A DNA stretch of 64,000 nt from a virus: positions 1 through 64,000 of IMG/VR virus record IMGVR_UViG_3300045988_104133; one strand, given 5' to 3'. Of this stretch, positions 25,167 to 33,389 are shown one piece after another. The translations under genes were made by a program, and so were the position numbers. Every line of letters begins with the position of its first letter. Within the stretch, counting starts at the first letter, position 1. The notes under the pieces were generated by a model. It did not search any database. It saw only the letters and a program-made list of their open reading frames with translations, and had not been told where the DNA came from.

Positions 25167-25205
25167 GTTTATAAATCAATAACCAAATAAAAACATTAGA
25201 AAAAA

Positions 25206-25802
25206 CTAAGAACGTTTATGTAGCTTTAGTCTCCAGTATATCCAACCTAAAAATGCGAGAATGCCTATGAAAAGGCAAACTGAAGTTATCTTACCTATAT
25301 TTAAAAATGCCATGTCAGTCCTTGATAGCTGTTTCTCGACATATACTTTATCTTTCGATATTTTATTTATCACTGAGATTAAGGAGTCGCATCTCTTGTG
25401 ATATAGAGACGTGCTGTCCTTATATTCCTTGAGGCACGAAATGCTGTCCCTGAGTATCTGTACGTCCTCCTGCGATATTTCGTGATATTCGTAGTGGAAT
25501 CTGTCTTCTCCAACTTTGTTACCATTGGCATCGTATTTGGAAGCCGTGCTATCCCTTATATGAGTCTTCTCTTTGGTGGTAGACTTTAAAGACTCTTTAT
25601 GCGATGCTCTGTATGATTCCATTTCCTTAATAAGCCTTGCGTTAAAGAGAGAATCCCACTTAGCCTCGTTACGCTTATCGGTGATGTATGTCTGTTTCTC
25701 TATCACACGTTCTTTCGCCTTACATCTACAGAACATTGATAGAATCAGCATTGCTACTGCAATGGCAATTACAACCCTTGTTATTTTATCAATCAGTTTC
25801 AT
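25206..25802 (-). CDS. Lysis-cassette membrane protein with N- and C-terminal TM segments and central coiled coil (spanin-like, tentative)
   Basis: TM segments VVIAIAVAMLILSMF and VCLFIGILAFLGWIYW. Immediately downstream of the endolysin. ATG at 25802. Confidence 0.45.
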   Translation of the reverse strand: MKLIDKITRVVIAIAVAMLILSMFCRCKAKERVIEKQTYITDKRNEAKWDSLFNARLIKEMESYRASHKESLKSTTKEKTHIRDSTASKYDANGNKVGEDRFHYEYHEISQEDVQILRDSISCLKEYKDSTSLYHKRCDSLISVINKISKDKVYVEKQLSRTDMAFLNIGKITSVCLFIGILAFLGWIYWRLKLHKRS

Positions 25803-26298
25803 AATCAAGTGAATTAATTCTGTTCAGCCAACCATTCTTGAACTTTTTGTTCTGTGGTCTTGTCTGACAGATACGTTCAATAAAATCCTTCCGTTCCTGC
25901 TTGATGGTATCAAACAGATCCCGGCCATCTCTTGCGTTGACAGCTGCGATAGTCTTCGGCCCGACAATACCATCCACATCAACGCCAAGAACTCTCTGAG
26001 GAATCTTGATACCGTAGGCTCCGCTAGCCCATACCCAGTCGACGAGGATATTGGCTACGTTCTGGTCTTTAATATCATCAGCATTCCACTTATCCCAGTA
26101 GTACTTCTTGAAGATTACACCCCATTGCACACGGGTCATACGCTTTAAATCGTTAACCGTCTTCTTGCTGCCGAATACTGAGCGGTACGTAGCAAGAGTC
26201 ACACCCATATTAGTAGCTCCTCCCAAATCATCCTTGTCGTTAACGAAGCCACCTTCCCACTTTAGGATGAACGGCTCTAAAATCTTACTGTTTGCCAT
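25789..26298 (-). CDS. Endolysin: GH108 muramidase with PG_binding_3-type C-terminus
   Basis: ILEPFILKWEGGFVNDKDDLGGATNMGVT is the GH108 signature. The start MANSK at 26298 is preferred; the ORF extends to 26382. Confidence 0.85.
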   Translation of the reverse strand: MANSKILEPFILKWEGGFVNDKDDLGGATNMGVTLATYRSVFGSKKTVNDLKRMTRVQWGVIFKKYYWDKWNADDIKDQNVANILVDWVWASGAYGIKIPQRVLGVDVDGIVGPKTIAAVNARDGRDLFDTIKQERKDFIERICQTRPQNKKFKNGWLNRINSLDYETD

Positions 26299-26797
26299 TT
26301 TTGTTTTCCTCCTCTTTTTTATCAAACTCATTATTGAGTCTGTCAATAATCGGTTTCCAATAACTAGGCAATGCCTTTGCAAACTCGAATCTCAAAATGT
26401 AGTAAATAACTCTGAATGCTACATTCTTAGGGTATGCCTTGATGAGGTTTTTGAATGCGTTGCATAGATACACATAGCAGAAAATGTATGTAAGCATCTT
26501 TATTACAAACAAAGCCTCATTTCCGTCATTACAGCCTATCATGATACCATATATCACATAGTCAATGGTAAGATAGAGCAACATTTCAAGAATGGCGTTT
26601 ACAAACTTTGATGCCGAAAAGTTTTTGCATCGTACAACACTAACGCCATCAGCTCGCATACCACAAAAGATATTGAAGCCGAAAGCAATTACTAGCGCCA
26701 GAACGAAACCTTCAGTTGGCGTTGCAAAGGCAAGTATAGCAGAGGAAATTGTAACCACTATCTGCCTAATCTGTGAAGAATCTAATAAATTTGTCAT
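26285..26797 (-). CDS. Multi-pass membrane protein, putative holin
   Basis: About 4 hydrophobic segments. Directly upstream of the endolysin and overlapping it. Confidence 0.5.
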   Translation of the reverse strand: MTNLLDSSQIRQIVVTISSAILAFATPTEGFVLALVIAFGFNIFCGMRADGVSVVRCKNFSASKFVNAILEMLLYLTIDYVIYGIMIGCNDGNEALFVIKMLTYIFCYVYLCNAFKNLIKAYPKNVAFRVIYYILRFEFAKALPSYWKPIIDRLNNEFDKKEEENKNGKQ

Positions 26798-26847
26798 AAT
26801 CTGTTATCCTGAATAATTAATAAAAATAAAGTTTCGGTCTCTTTCTG

Positions 26848-26855
26848 CAAAGATA
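26848..26855 (-). promoter_or_regulatory. Minus-strand -7 box TAtcTTTG upstream of the lysis cassette
   Basis: Plus strand reads CAAAGATA, about 50 nt upstream of the start at 26797. It lies in the loop of the hairpin GTTTCGGT/ACCGAAAC (26831-26872). Confidence 0.4.
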
Positions 26856-26895
26856 GCAAAAAAAACCGAAACTTCATTCAGAATAACGAAAAACT

Positions 26896-27324
26896 TTAGA
26901 CATTCAAGTCGTAATATGGAAGTCTGCCACTTTCCAGGAAGGAAATACATTCATCGAAAATCTTTTGCTCGTAGTTGTACGTGTTGATCTTCGGGAACCA
27001 TTTCTTTATTTTTGCGTCGTTACGCTTTACCATTTCTCCCCAGAGAACGCACCAGTCTTCGAGATTGATGTTGTCGTTCTTGACCTCATGCCAATAGTCC
27101 TTGGCCACATCTTTAGTATGAAGCTGACCGATGAGGCAAAGATGCATATCTGCCATCTCTTCGTTATAATGACACGATCCAATCTCTCCCTGGACCTGCT
27201 TCATCACATCAAGCATTACGCTGTCATTCATTCCGACTTCACAACAATCTGCCATGATCGTAACACAGTTCTTGATAGCCTGCATATCATTGCTAGCTAT
27301 AATGTCTTCGAATACCTTTTTCAT
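26896..27324 (-). CDS. Hypothetical protein
   Basis: 142-aa ORF. Confidence 0.55.
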   Translation of the reverse strand: MKKVFEDIIASNDMQAIKNCVTIMADCCEVGMNDSVMLDVMKQVQGEIGSCHYNEEMADMHLCLIGQLHTKDVAKDYWHEVKNDNINLEDWCVLWGEMVKRNDAKIKKWFPKINTYNYEQKIFDECISFLESGRLPYYDLNV

Positions 27325-27342
27325 AACCGTATATTTTTGATG

Positions 27343-27849
27343 TTACTTCAGAAAATACTCTCTGATGTTGTATACACCATCCTTGTCTTTCAACAAATCG
27401 AGTGCAAGGCTGTGGGCATACTTAACCAGATGTTCTGTATCAATGTCCTTAACATCTTCCTTGCCGAGTATCTTAGCAATTGTGCATCCGTGGTCGCTTA
27501 CAACCTGATTCATCGCAACGTACAAAGCGTAATCGTTGTAATAAGGTTTCTCCTCTGTTGCAAGTCCGAGACCGGTCATAGCATTGATCCATGTCTGCAT
27601 ATCCCAGGTTACTGGTGGATTCATACCGTTTACAATCTCAGAAGCTTCCTTCTTCGTAAGATAGTTCTTCCACTTGATAGCGCAAAGCTTATCAAGATAC
27701 TCTTGTGCCAACTCTGGGTGCTTGGATGCCATATCCTTCATCATGCGACGCATCGTATTACCGAATACGTGCATATACTTTACGTTGGTTGACGAAGCCA
27801 TAATCCCATAAAGCTCATCAAACTTACTCATAATGTCTTTTGTTTCCAT
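27343..27849 (-). CDS. Hypothetical protein
   Basis: 168-aa ORF. Confidence 0.55.
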   Translation of the reverse strand: METKDIMSKFDELYGIMASSTNVKYMHVFGNTMRRMMKDMASKHPELAQEYLDKLCAIKWKNYLTKKEASEIVNGMNPPVTWDMQTWINAMTGLGLATEEKPYYNDYALYVAMNQVVSDHGCTIAKILGKEDVKDIDTEHLVKYAHSLALDLLKDKDGVYNIREYFLK

Positions 27850-27863
27850 ATCTTGTATATTTT

Positions 27864-28295
27864 TTAACCTATTATCAAATCTTTCAACTCTACAAAGTCC
27901 TCCTCTGTGAAGTTGATGCTTCGCTTGCTTCCAAAGAGGATAGCAGTAGCAATTCCATCTGGCAGGTCAATAGACACAACTCCTTTGTCGATATGTCCGT
28001 GTATAAAACCTACATCGAATTTGTAATCTTCCACGGATTTTAGCATCTGCATCATATCTTCAAATATCGTGTTGGCATCTATGTTGCCGTCTTCATCGGC
28101 GATGAATAGGGTAGCGTTGTCAATGCTCTTGCCCCAACTATCCTTGTGCTTGGCGATGATGTTGTGCGCCGCACGTTTCATGTACACTGATGGTATGGCG
28201 AGCATCTGGTTAGCCTTAACCATATCGTCTATTCTAGCATCTGCCCACAAATCAAGCGATGTAAGCAGTTTCTCTTTCAATTCTGTTACGTTCAT
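27864..28295 (-). CDS. Hypothetical protein
   Basis: 143-aa ORF. Confidence 0.55.
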   Translation of the reverse strand: MNVTELKEKLLTSLDLWADARIDDMVKANQMLAIPSVYMKRAAHNIIAKHKDSWGKSIDNATLFIADEDGNIDANTIFEDMMQMLKSVEDYKFDVGFIHGHIDKGVVSIDLPDGIATAILFGSKRSINFTEEDFVELKDLIIG

Positions 28296-28783
28296 TTCTT
28301 AGTTCCTCCCTTCTTTGTCCCTTGAACCATAGCGAGATACTCTTGCCACGTTTTATCACTATGATTTGTCATATAGTCGTTAAGCATAGCGGTTTTCTGC
28401 TCTTCCGCCTGTGCTACTTCTTTTCTCAGTCGTTGCATCAAAGACAAATGTTTCTTTAATGCCTCCTGTCCTTGCTGAGTGCTTTCGATACGAGGGCGTA
28501 TGATGCGCAATTCCTCGTCTTGCACTAGCTTAGATACATATTGCAAGCTATTGACGTATTCCTGATTCTGCATCAAATACTGCCTTTGCGCCCCTGTAAG
28601 ATTGTCCTCAATTTTGTCAATTTCATCCCAGAGTGGGGTTTGAGACTGCTGTGCTTGCATGTTGATGGATGCTCGCTTCTGTTGTATTGCCTCATACATC
28701 TTCTGTAGCTCAGCATCCATCATTTGCGGCTGTTGCTGACTTGTGCCCATATCAAGCAAAGGGCTGTTTCCGAAATTCATCAT
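28292..28783 (-). CDS. Hypothetical Q-rich coiled-coil protein
   Basis: ATG at 28783 is preferred to the TTG at 28789. Confidence 0.55.
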   Translation of the reverse strand: MMNFGNSPLLDMGTSQQQPQMMDAELQKMYEAIQQKRASINMQAQQSQTPLWDEIDKIEDNLTGAQRQYLMQNQEYVNSLQYVSKLVQDEELRIIRPRIESTQQGQEALKKHLSLMQRLRKEVAQAEEQKTAMLNDYMTNHSDKTWQEYLAMVQGTKKGGTKK

Positions 28784-28906
28784 AATCAATATCTTTAAGT
28801 TGGTGATATATTATAGAGAGGTGAGAGGGCATCCACCAACGAGGGCAAACACCCCTCACCAACTCATTTTTTCTTAGTCCGTCTAACCGACTTCCTTACT
28901 GCTCTG

Positions 28907-29632
28907 TTACGCTCCTGTAGTGGGAGTAGAAGGAGCAGTGCAGTTACAGCCATAGCTGCCGTAACCAGTAACTACTGGTGTAGATGGGAGCACAAGCTGA
29001 CCATCAATCTTGCGGCAGCACTTCTCGTTAACGTAAGCCATCATAAGTTTCTCCTTGTAAGGAGTGAGGGCTTCCATTACGGCTACCTTCTTGTCGAGGT
29101 CACTATACTTTGCTTGCAACGCATCGTACTGGTCTCTCTGATTCTTGTACAAGCCGAAATCAGCATCAACCTGAGACTTGTAAAGACCGAACTCAGCCTG
29201 CATTGCACGGCGGTTCTCGGCGTTGATAGCATCGTTAGCACCCTTATACATAGAGAACTTCTCAGCGATGTCTGTCTCTCGCATAGCGTAGAACTTGTTA
29301 GCGGTGTCGAGCTTCATACCGAACATGTAGGTAAGCAACTTTACCTCATCATCGCATTCCTTCTCCATTACCTGCAAGGCAGTTGGCTGATTTGAACTTG
29401 CGTTAGCCCCATAGGCGTTGATGTTCACGTTCTCAGGCATATTGCTGCCACCGAGTGAACCAAACACACTGCGGTTGTTACCGCCAAGCAACCAAGCACC
29501 AGCACCGAGTGCTGTGCCGATGATACCAAGGGTAAGACCAGCATTGCCTGTTGCCTTAGAAGCATAATCATCGTGCTTCTTTCCCTCTTCGTAGATTTTC
29601 TTCTCTACGACCTTTGCATCTGTCATTTCCAT
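28907..29632 (-). CDS. Membrane protein with Gly-rich TM segment and C-terminal Cys-rich tail
   Basis: GNAGLTLGIIGTALGAGAWLLGG, repeated FGLYK(S/N)Q motifs, and CCRK...GCNC at the end. Confidence 0.55.
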   Translation of the reverse strand: MEMTDAKVVEKKIYEEGKKHDDYASKATGNAGLTLGIIGTALGAGAWLLGGNNRSVFGSLGGSNMPENVNINAYGANASSNQPTALQVMEKECDDEVKLLTYMFGMKLDTANKFYAMRETDIAEKFSMYKGANDAINAENRRAMQAEFGLYKSQVDADFGLYKNQRDQYDALQAKYSDLDKKVAVMEALTPYKEKLMMAYVNEKCCRKIDGQLVLPSTPVVTGYGSYGCNCTAPSTPTTGA

Positions 29633-29692
29633 GATACAATCTTTTTAAGTTATCCTTAATATTAACTAACACTATGTAATCGATTACGGATG

Positions 29693-29700
29693 CAAAGGTA
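29693..29700 (-). promoter_or_regulatory. Minus-strand -7 box TAccTTTG
   Basis: Plus strand reads CAAAGGTA, about 60 nt upstream of the start at 29632. Confidence 0.45.
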
Positions 29701-29796
29701 CAAAGAATAGGGTAGAGCAAATATAACTCTATCACACTTTCTTTTATTGCTTGATTATCAGTGATTTAAGGTGATAGGAGGTAATATCATAAATAA

Positions 29797-29829
29797 CAAA
29801 AAAAAAGAGAGGCAATCACTTACCTCTCT
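29797..29829 (-). terminator. Intrinsic terminator (GAGAGG/CCTCTC hairpin plus T9 on minus strand)
   Basis: Stem 29807-29812 pairs with 29823-29828. The plus-strand A9 run at 29798-29806 gives the U-tract. Overlaps the stop of 29816..30160. Confidence 0.6.
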
Positions 29830-30160
29830 TGCTCTTAATGAAGTGCAGTATATCCCACTTCTTCCAATATCGGGTGTGCCCTCGCTTCTTGCACTCACCG
29901 TTCGGAATGTCGCCCCTTGCAACCATCCTGTTAAGGGTAGCATCAGAAACGTGAAGCTTCTCCTTGACTTCCTCGGTAGATAGCATCGGATTGAGAGCAT
30001 ACGGCAGATAGTTCTCACAAAGGTCTTCTATCTCATCGCTACTCATTCCGCAAGCAGTTACCTTCTCCCCTCTCTTCTCTTGCTCGTCTGCTCGAAAACA
30101 AGAATCCGATAACGATTTTAATAACACTCCCAAGGTGTGATAACCAAATAACTTTCCCAT
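29816..30160 (-). CDS. HTH_17 (excisionase-like) DNA-binding protein
   Basis: KLHVSDATLNRMVARGDIPNGECKKRGHTRYWKKWDILHFIKS. Confidence 0.6.
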   Translation of the reverse strand: MGKLFGYHTLGVLLKSLSDSCFRADEQEKRGEKVTACGMSSDEIEDLCENYLPYALNPMLSTEEVKEKLHVSDATLNRMVARGDIPNGECKKRGHTRYWKKWDILHFIKSKRGK

Positions 30161-30164
30161 ATCA

Positions 30165-30716
30165 TTATAATCTAGAGATTAAACTTTGACAGCCCTTGCC
30201 TGAGAAATACTTATCAGCAAAACCATATACATAAAATATAATGGTCATTACAAGTATTACAACATTAGCTTCCACCATTTCTTTGGTGGTAAAAACATTC
30301 CAGTATACGATATGAATAGCATTTATCCCAAATAGGTAGATGATCATCGGAATACGCCATCTGTAGCAGAGCCAAAAGAATCTGCTCGCAATTATAAGTA
30401 TAAGCGGATGGATGTAAACGGAAAAATAGATAAATGCTGCCGATACCCAATTCTCCTTAAACCATACGCACATTTCTTTTTCGTGAGACGCAAATGTTAC
30501 CATGCATGCAATATGAAAAAGCATGATAAACAGAGGCATCACTTCACAATAATACTTAAACCAAGTGAGTAGCTTTATGCTGTAGCCTCTACCTGCAAGG
30601 ATAATGACGTTTATCATTTCGCTAACGTCCATGTCCTTAAACATTACTCTTGACAACTGTACAACACCGACTGATTGAACTAACCGATGGACTTCATCTT
30701 CTTCCTCTTTAGTCAT
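30165..30716 (-). CDS. Polytopic membrane protein
   Basis: At least 5 hydrophobic segments. No family recognised. Confidence 0.6.
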   Translation of the reverse strand: MTKEEEDEVHRLVQSVGVVQLSRVMFKDMDVSEMINVIILAGRGYSIKLLTWFKYYCEVMPLFIMLFHIACMVTFASHEKEMCVWFKENWVSAAFIYFSVYIHPLILIIASRFFWLCYRWRIPMIIYLFGINAIHIVYWNVFTTKEMVEANVVILVMTIIFYVYGFADKYFSGKGCQSLISRL

Positions 30717-30755
30717 AAGCTGTTATATTTTAGTTGATTTAAAAGATTGATGCCG

Positions 30756-30763
30756 CAAAGGTA
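30756..30763 (-). promoter_or_regulatory. Minus-strand -7 box TAccTTTG
   Basis: Plus strand reads CAAAGGTA, 40 nt upstream of the start at 30716. Confidence 0.45.
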
Positions 30764-30849
30764 CGCATCTTCTAATAAAAGTAATTGGTTTTTGATTGAT
30801 TTTTGTGTTAAACTTTATAAAATGTAACAATCTGAAAGTAGATGGCTAC

Positions 30850-30893
30850 AAAAATAGCGTTAGAACGGCTTTCTTGCCAAATTCTAACGCTAT
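30850..30893 (-). terminator. Intrinsic terminator: perfect 12-bp hairpin ATAGCGTTAGAA/TTCTAACGCTAT plus T5 on minus strand
   Basis: Stem 30854-30865 pairs with 30882-30893. The plus-strand A5 run at 30850-30854 gives the U-tract. Confidence 0.6.
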
Positions 30894-30912
30894 TATTATA
30901 TCTACACTGGTA

Positions 30913-31377
30913 TTATCCTATCACAACATCAAGGGTCTCCATATCAGCGAACTTCAAGCCGCAATCCTTAGCAGCTTTGAACAGCTCCTTCTCGTCAACT
31001 TCCTCAATGGCTACCTCTACCTCCTTGTCGGCAAGTTCCTTGAAATACTTTTCGGTCTTCTGCTTCTGATTGAAGAAGTACTCATTGACCTCAGCGAACT
31101 TGGCTGAATCGTCCTTGGTGTATTCGTAGCCTTCATCGGCGTGCTTCTGCTCCAACTGCTGGCACTCCTGAAGCTTGCACTGCATCTCCTCGAACTTATC
31201 GTCCTTCAGGCTCTCCTGCGCTTCCTTCACATCCTTGTCGTAAGTATCGGCTACTTGGCGCAGTGCCTTCATATTCTTCCAAACTCGCATAGCGGCATCA
31301 TCACTCATTGATGATGTCTTCAATGCCTTCAATGTTCTGTAGGCATCAACTGCCTCAATTGTCTTAATCTTTTTCAT
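30913..31377 (-). CDS. Hypothetical acidic helical protein
   Basis: 154-aa ORF bracketed by its own -7 box and terminator. Confidence 0.55.
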   Translation of the reverse strand: MKKIKTIEAVDAYRTLKALKTSSMSDDAAMRVWKNMKALRQVADTYDKDVKEAQESLKDDKFEEMQCKLQECQQLEQKHADEGYEYTKDDSAKFAEVNEYFFNQKQKTEKYFKELADKEVEVAIEEVDEKELFKAAKDCGLKFADMETLDVVIG

Positions 31378-31454
31378 AATTGTTTCTTTATTTTTATGTT
31401 ATACAATATTCTTCGCCAGATTGCCATAGCAGAATACCTTTCCTATTAACAGTG

Positions 31455-31462
31455 CAAAGTTA
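31455..31462 (-). promoter_or_regulatory. Minus-strand -7 box TAacTTTG
   Basis: Plus strand reads CAAAGTTA, about 80 nt upstream of the start at 31377. Confidence 0.4.
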
Positions 31463-31629
31463 AGAAAATAATTCCGAATAACAATGCAGGAGGAGCAAAA
31501 TTTACGAATTTTAAAAACAGCTTCCCCACGTTGGATAATCACTAGGACGTAATGTGTCTGCTTTCTCGGTGAGAACGTAAACCACAAATACATTTCTAGC
31601 ATATTTGTTATATTAAGAACATCTGCTTT

Positions 31630-32916
31630 TTAATGCATAATATAACTACCACCTGGAGGAACTTGTTTCCATCCACCATCTATATTAATTTCAAAAGATA
31701 ATTGACACATTTGTCCATAATAACCTCCTTCATAAACATTATCAAATCTTATATATATATCAACATAATCTGTTCTATCACCTTCAGGAATAGTTACAGA
31801 ACCTGTAATTTGACCAGAGCTATTAGATACATAACCTCTTCCGTATGTTGTCTTATTGTTACCATAAGCACAAACACTTCTAAATATACCATCAGTAATT
31901 GTAATTGTAGCATCAGGAAGTTTATATATTCTTGCTTTACAAATACAACTAGCACCAACTAATTCTCTCAACGATGAGAAATCAACAAAACCACTAGAAC
32001 CACTTTTAATACTTTCCATATTAATTTGTCTAGGATAATATTTAAAAGTAATAGCACCCGGAAGAGATATAAAAATTATTTTTGTATTATCATATAAAGT
32101 TGCATTACGAGTATATGCTAAAAAAGGCACAATATCAATATATTTATCTCCACTACCTATATCAAAAGTTATTTCTCTACCAGCATATATATAATCTGTT
32201 GGTTTTTTGCAATTGCCAACATAATAATTTTTATAAATCTTATCAGTAGTATTATATGGTGAATTATAACGAATTTGAATCCAAAAAGACCAACCTAAAG
32301 ATAAATCAGGTATTATATCATCCATAGTAACATTTGTATTATAATCCGCATTTGTTTTCTTATATAGAATACAATTAAATTTAGGAGTTGAAGAATAATA
32401 AATTTCAACGGTATGAAATTGAGGAATAGAAGTCAGAAATACATTACTTATTGCTTTACTACTATAGTTTCTAAAATCACTTAATCTATAAGGAGAATTA
32501 GCACCACCTTTTGGAAAATGTTTTCCTGATACCATTGTACTTGTGTTATCACTAATATAACCATTATTACCATATACATTATCTTTATAAAGGTTGTTAC
32601 AAGCTTTAATTGCAAAACCTTCTCCTCCATAATTATTACGTAAGTTCTTATAAGTGTCCATAGGTATATTCATACCACAACGAACAACACAAGTATATTT
32701 ACTATATGAAGATGTTACTATTTCCTCAGAGTCTTCTCTAATAGGATATTCTTTAAATTCACCTTTACAACTAATAGGTTTATACTTACTCCATATATTT
32801 ATATTTTCACTCTTACAAAGAGTAGCAAGGTCATTGCTACTCTCTCCAAGAGCTCGTTTAACATCATCAATGCTAACAGGAGCACTAATAATTCCAGTTT
32901 CACTATTGTAAGACAT
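31630..32916 (-). CDS. AT-rich gene downstream of the tail fibre; putative receptor-binding or fibre accessory protein
   Basis: 428-aa ORF rich in N/Y/S/T/G. Composition is much more AT-rich than the flanks. Confidence 0.5.
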   Translation of the reverse strand: MSYNSETGIISAPVSIDDVKRALGESSNDLATLCKSENINIWSKYKPISCKGEFKEYPIREDSEEIVTSSYSKYTCVVRCGMNIPMDTYKNLRNNYGGEGFAIKACNNLYKDNVYGNNGYISDNTSTMVSGKHFPKGGANSPYRLSDFRNYSSKAISNVFLTSIPQFHTVEIYYSSTPKFNCILYKKTNADYNTNVTMDDIIPDLSLGWSFWIQIRYNSPYNTTDKIYKNYYVGNCKKPTDYIYAGREITFDIGSGDKYIDIVPFLAYTRNATLYDNTKIIFISLPGAITFKYYPRQINMESIKSGSSGFVDFSSLRELVGASCICKARIYKLPDATITITDGIFRSVCAYGNNKTTYGRGYVSNSSGQITGSVTIPEGDRTDYVDIYIRFDNVYEGGYYGQMCQLSFEINIDGGWKQVPPGGSYIMH

Positions 32917-33075
32917 AATCTTTATTTTTTTTAATATTCAACTTTAGTAACAACTCGCTCTACTGTTACATTGAACACTTTCGCAAGTCATAACATAAAT
33001 CGTTCCATACGCTTAATCTTTAGAACTTAAAACACTAGGCAAGGCAGCTCTATAAGAGCCACCCTGCGTTAATAC

Positions 33076-33381
33076 TTACTCTGATGCCTCGCTTGCCATA
33101 TTAGCGGCGATAGCGGAATTGACCTCCTTAATCAATGCTGATACCTCACTGAGCTTGCTCTGCGGAACACCGCTGATGTTGTAGGTCAGCTCGCTGCCGT
33201 TGAAGCTTGCGTTGGCATTGCCGAGATAATTACCATTTGCGTCACCATAGATACTCATATTGATGCTCTCGATGTTGCCACCCGTCTTGTCAACATTGTA
33301 GGTAATTTCTACTCGATAGCCGCCCTTGGTATAAGTGGCGGTTGTCTGTTCACTCTTCTTGTTAATCTTTAAATTCTCCAT
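33076..33381 (-). CDS. Hypothetical small protein following the tail fibre
   Basis: 101-aa ORF starting 9 nt after the fibre stop. Confidence 0.5.
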   Translation of the reverse strand: MENLKINKKSEQTTATYTKGGYRVEITYNVDKTGGNIESINMSIYGDANGNYLGNANASFNGSELTYNISGVPQSKLSEVSALIKEVNSAIAANMASEASE

Positions 33382-33389
33382 TTTCTAAT

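Noticed and set aside
26965-27792. 275-aa plus-strand ORF
   Set aside because: It lies entirely antisense to two well-formed minus-strand genes (26896..27324 and 27343..27849). It is a shadow ORF with a Leu/Val/His/Phe-rich junk-like sequence.
31399-31602. 67-aa minus-strand ORF in the fibre-accessory intergenic region
   Set aside because: It overlaps the predicted promoter region for 30913..31377. Its sequence is hydrophobic and noise-like, with no coupling to its neighbours.
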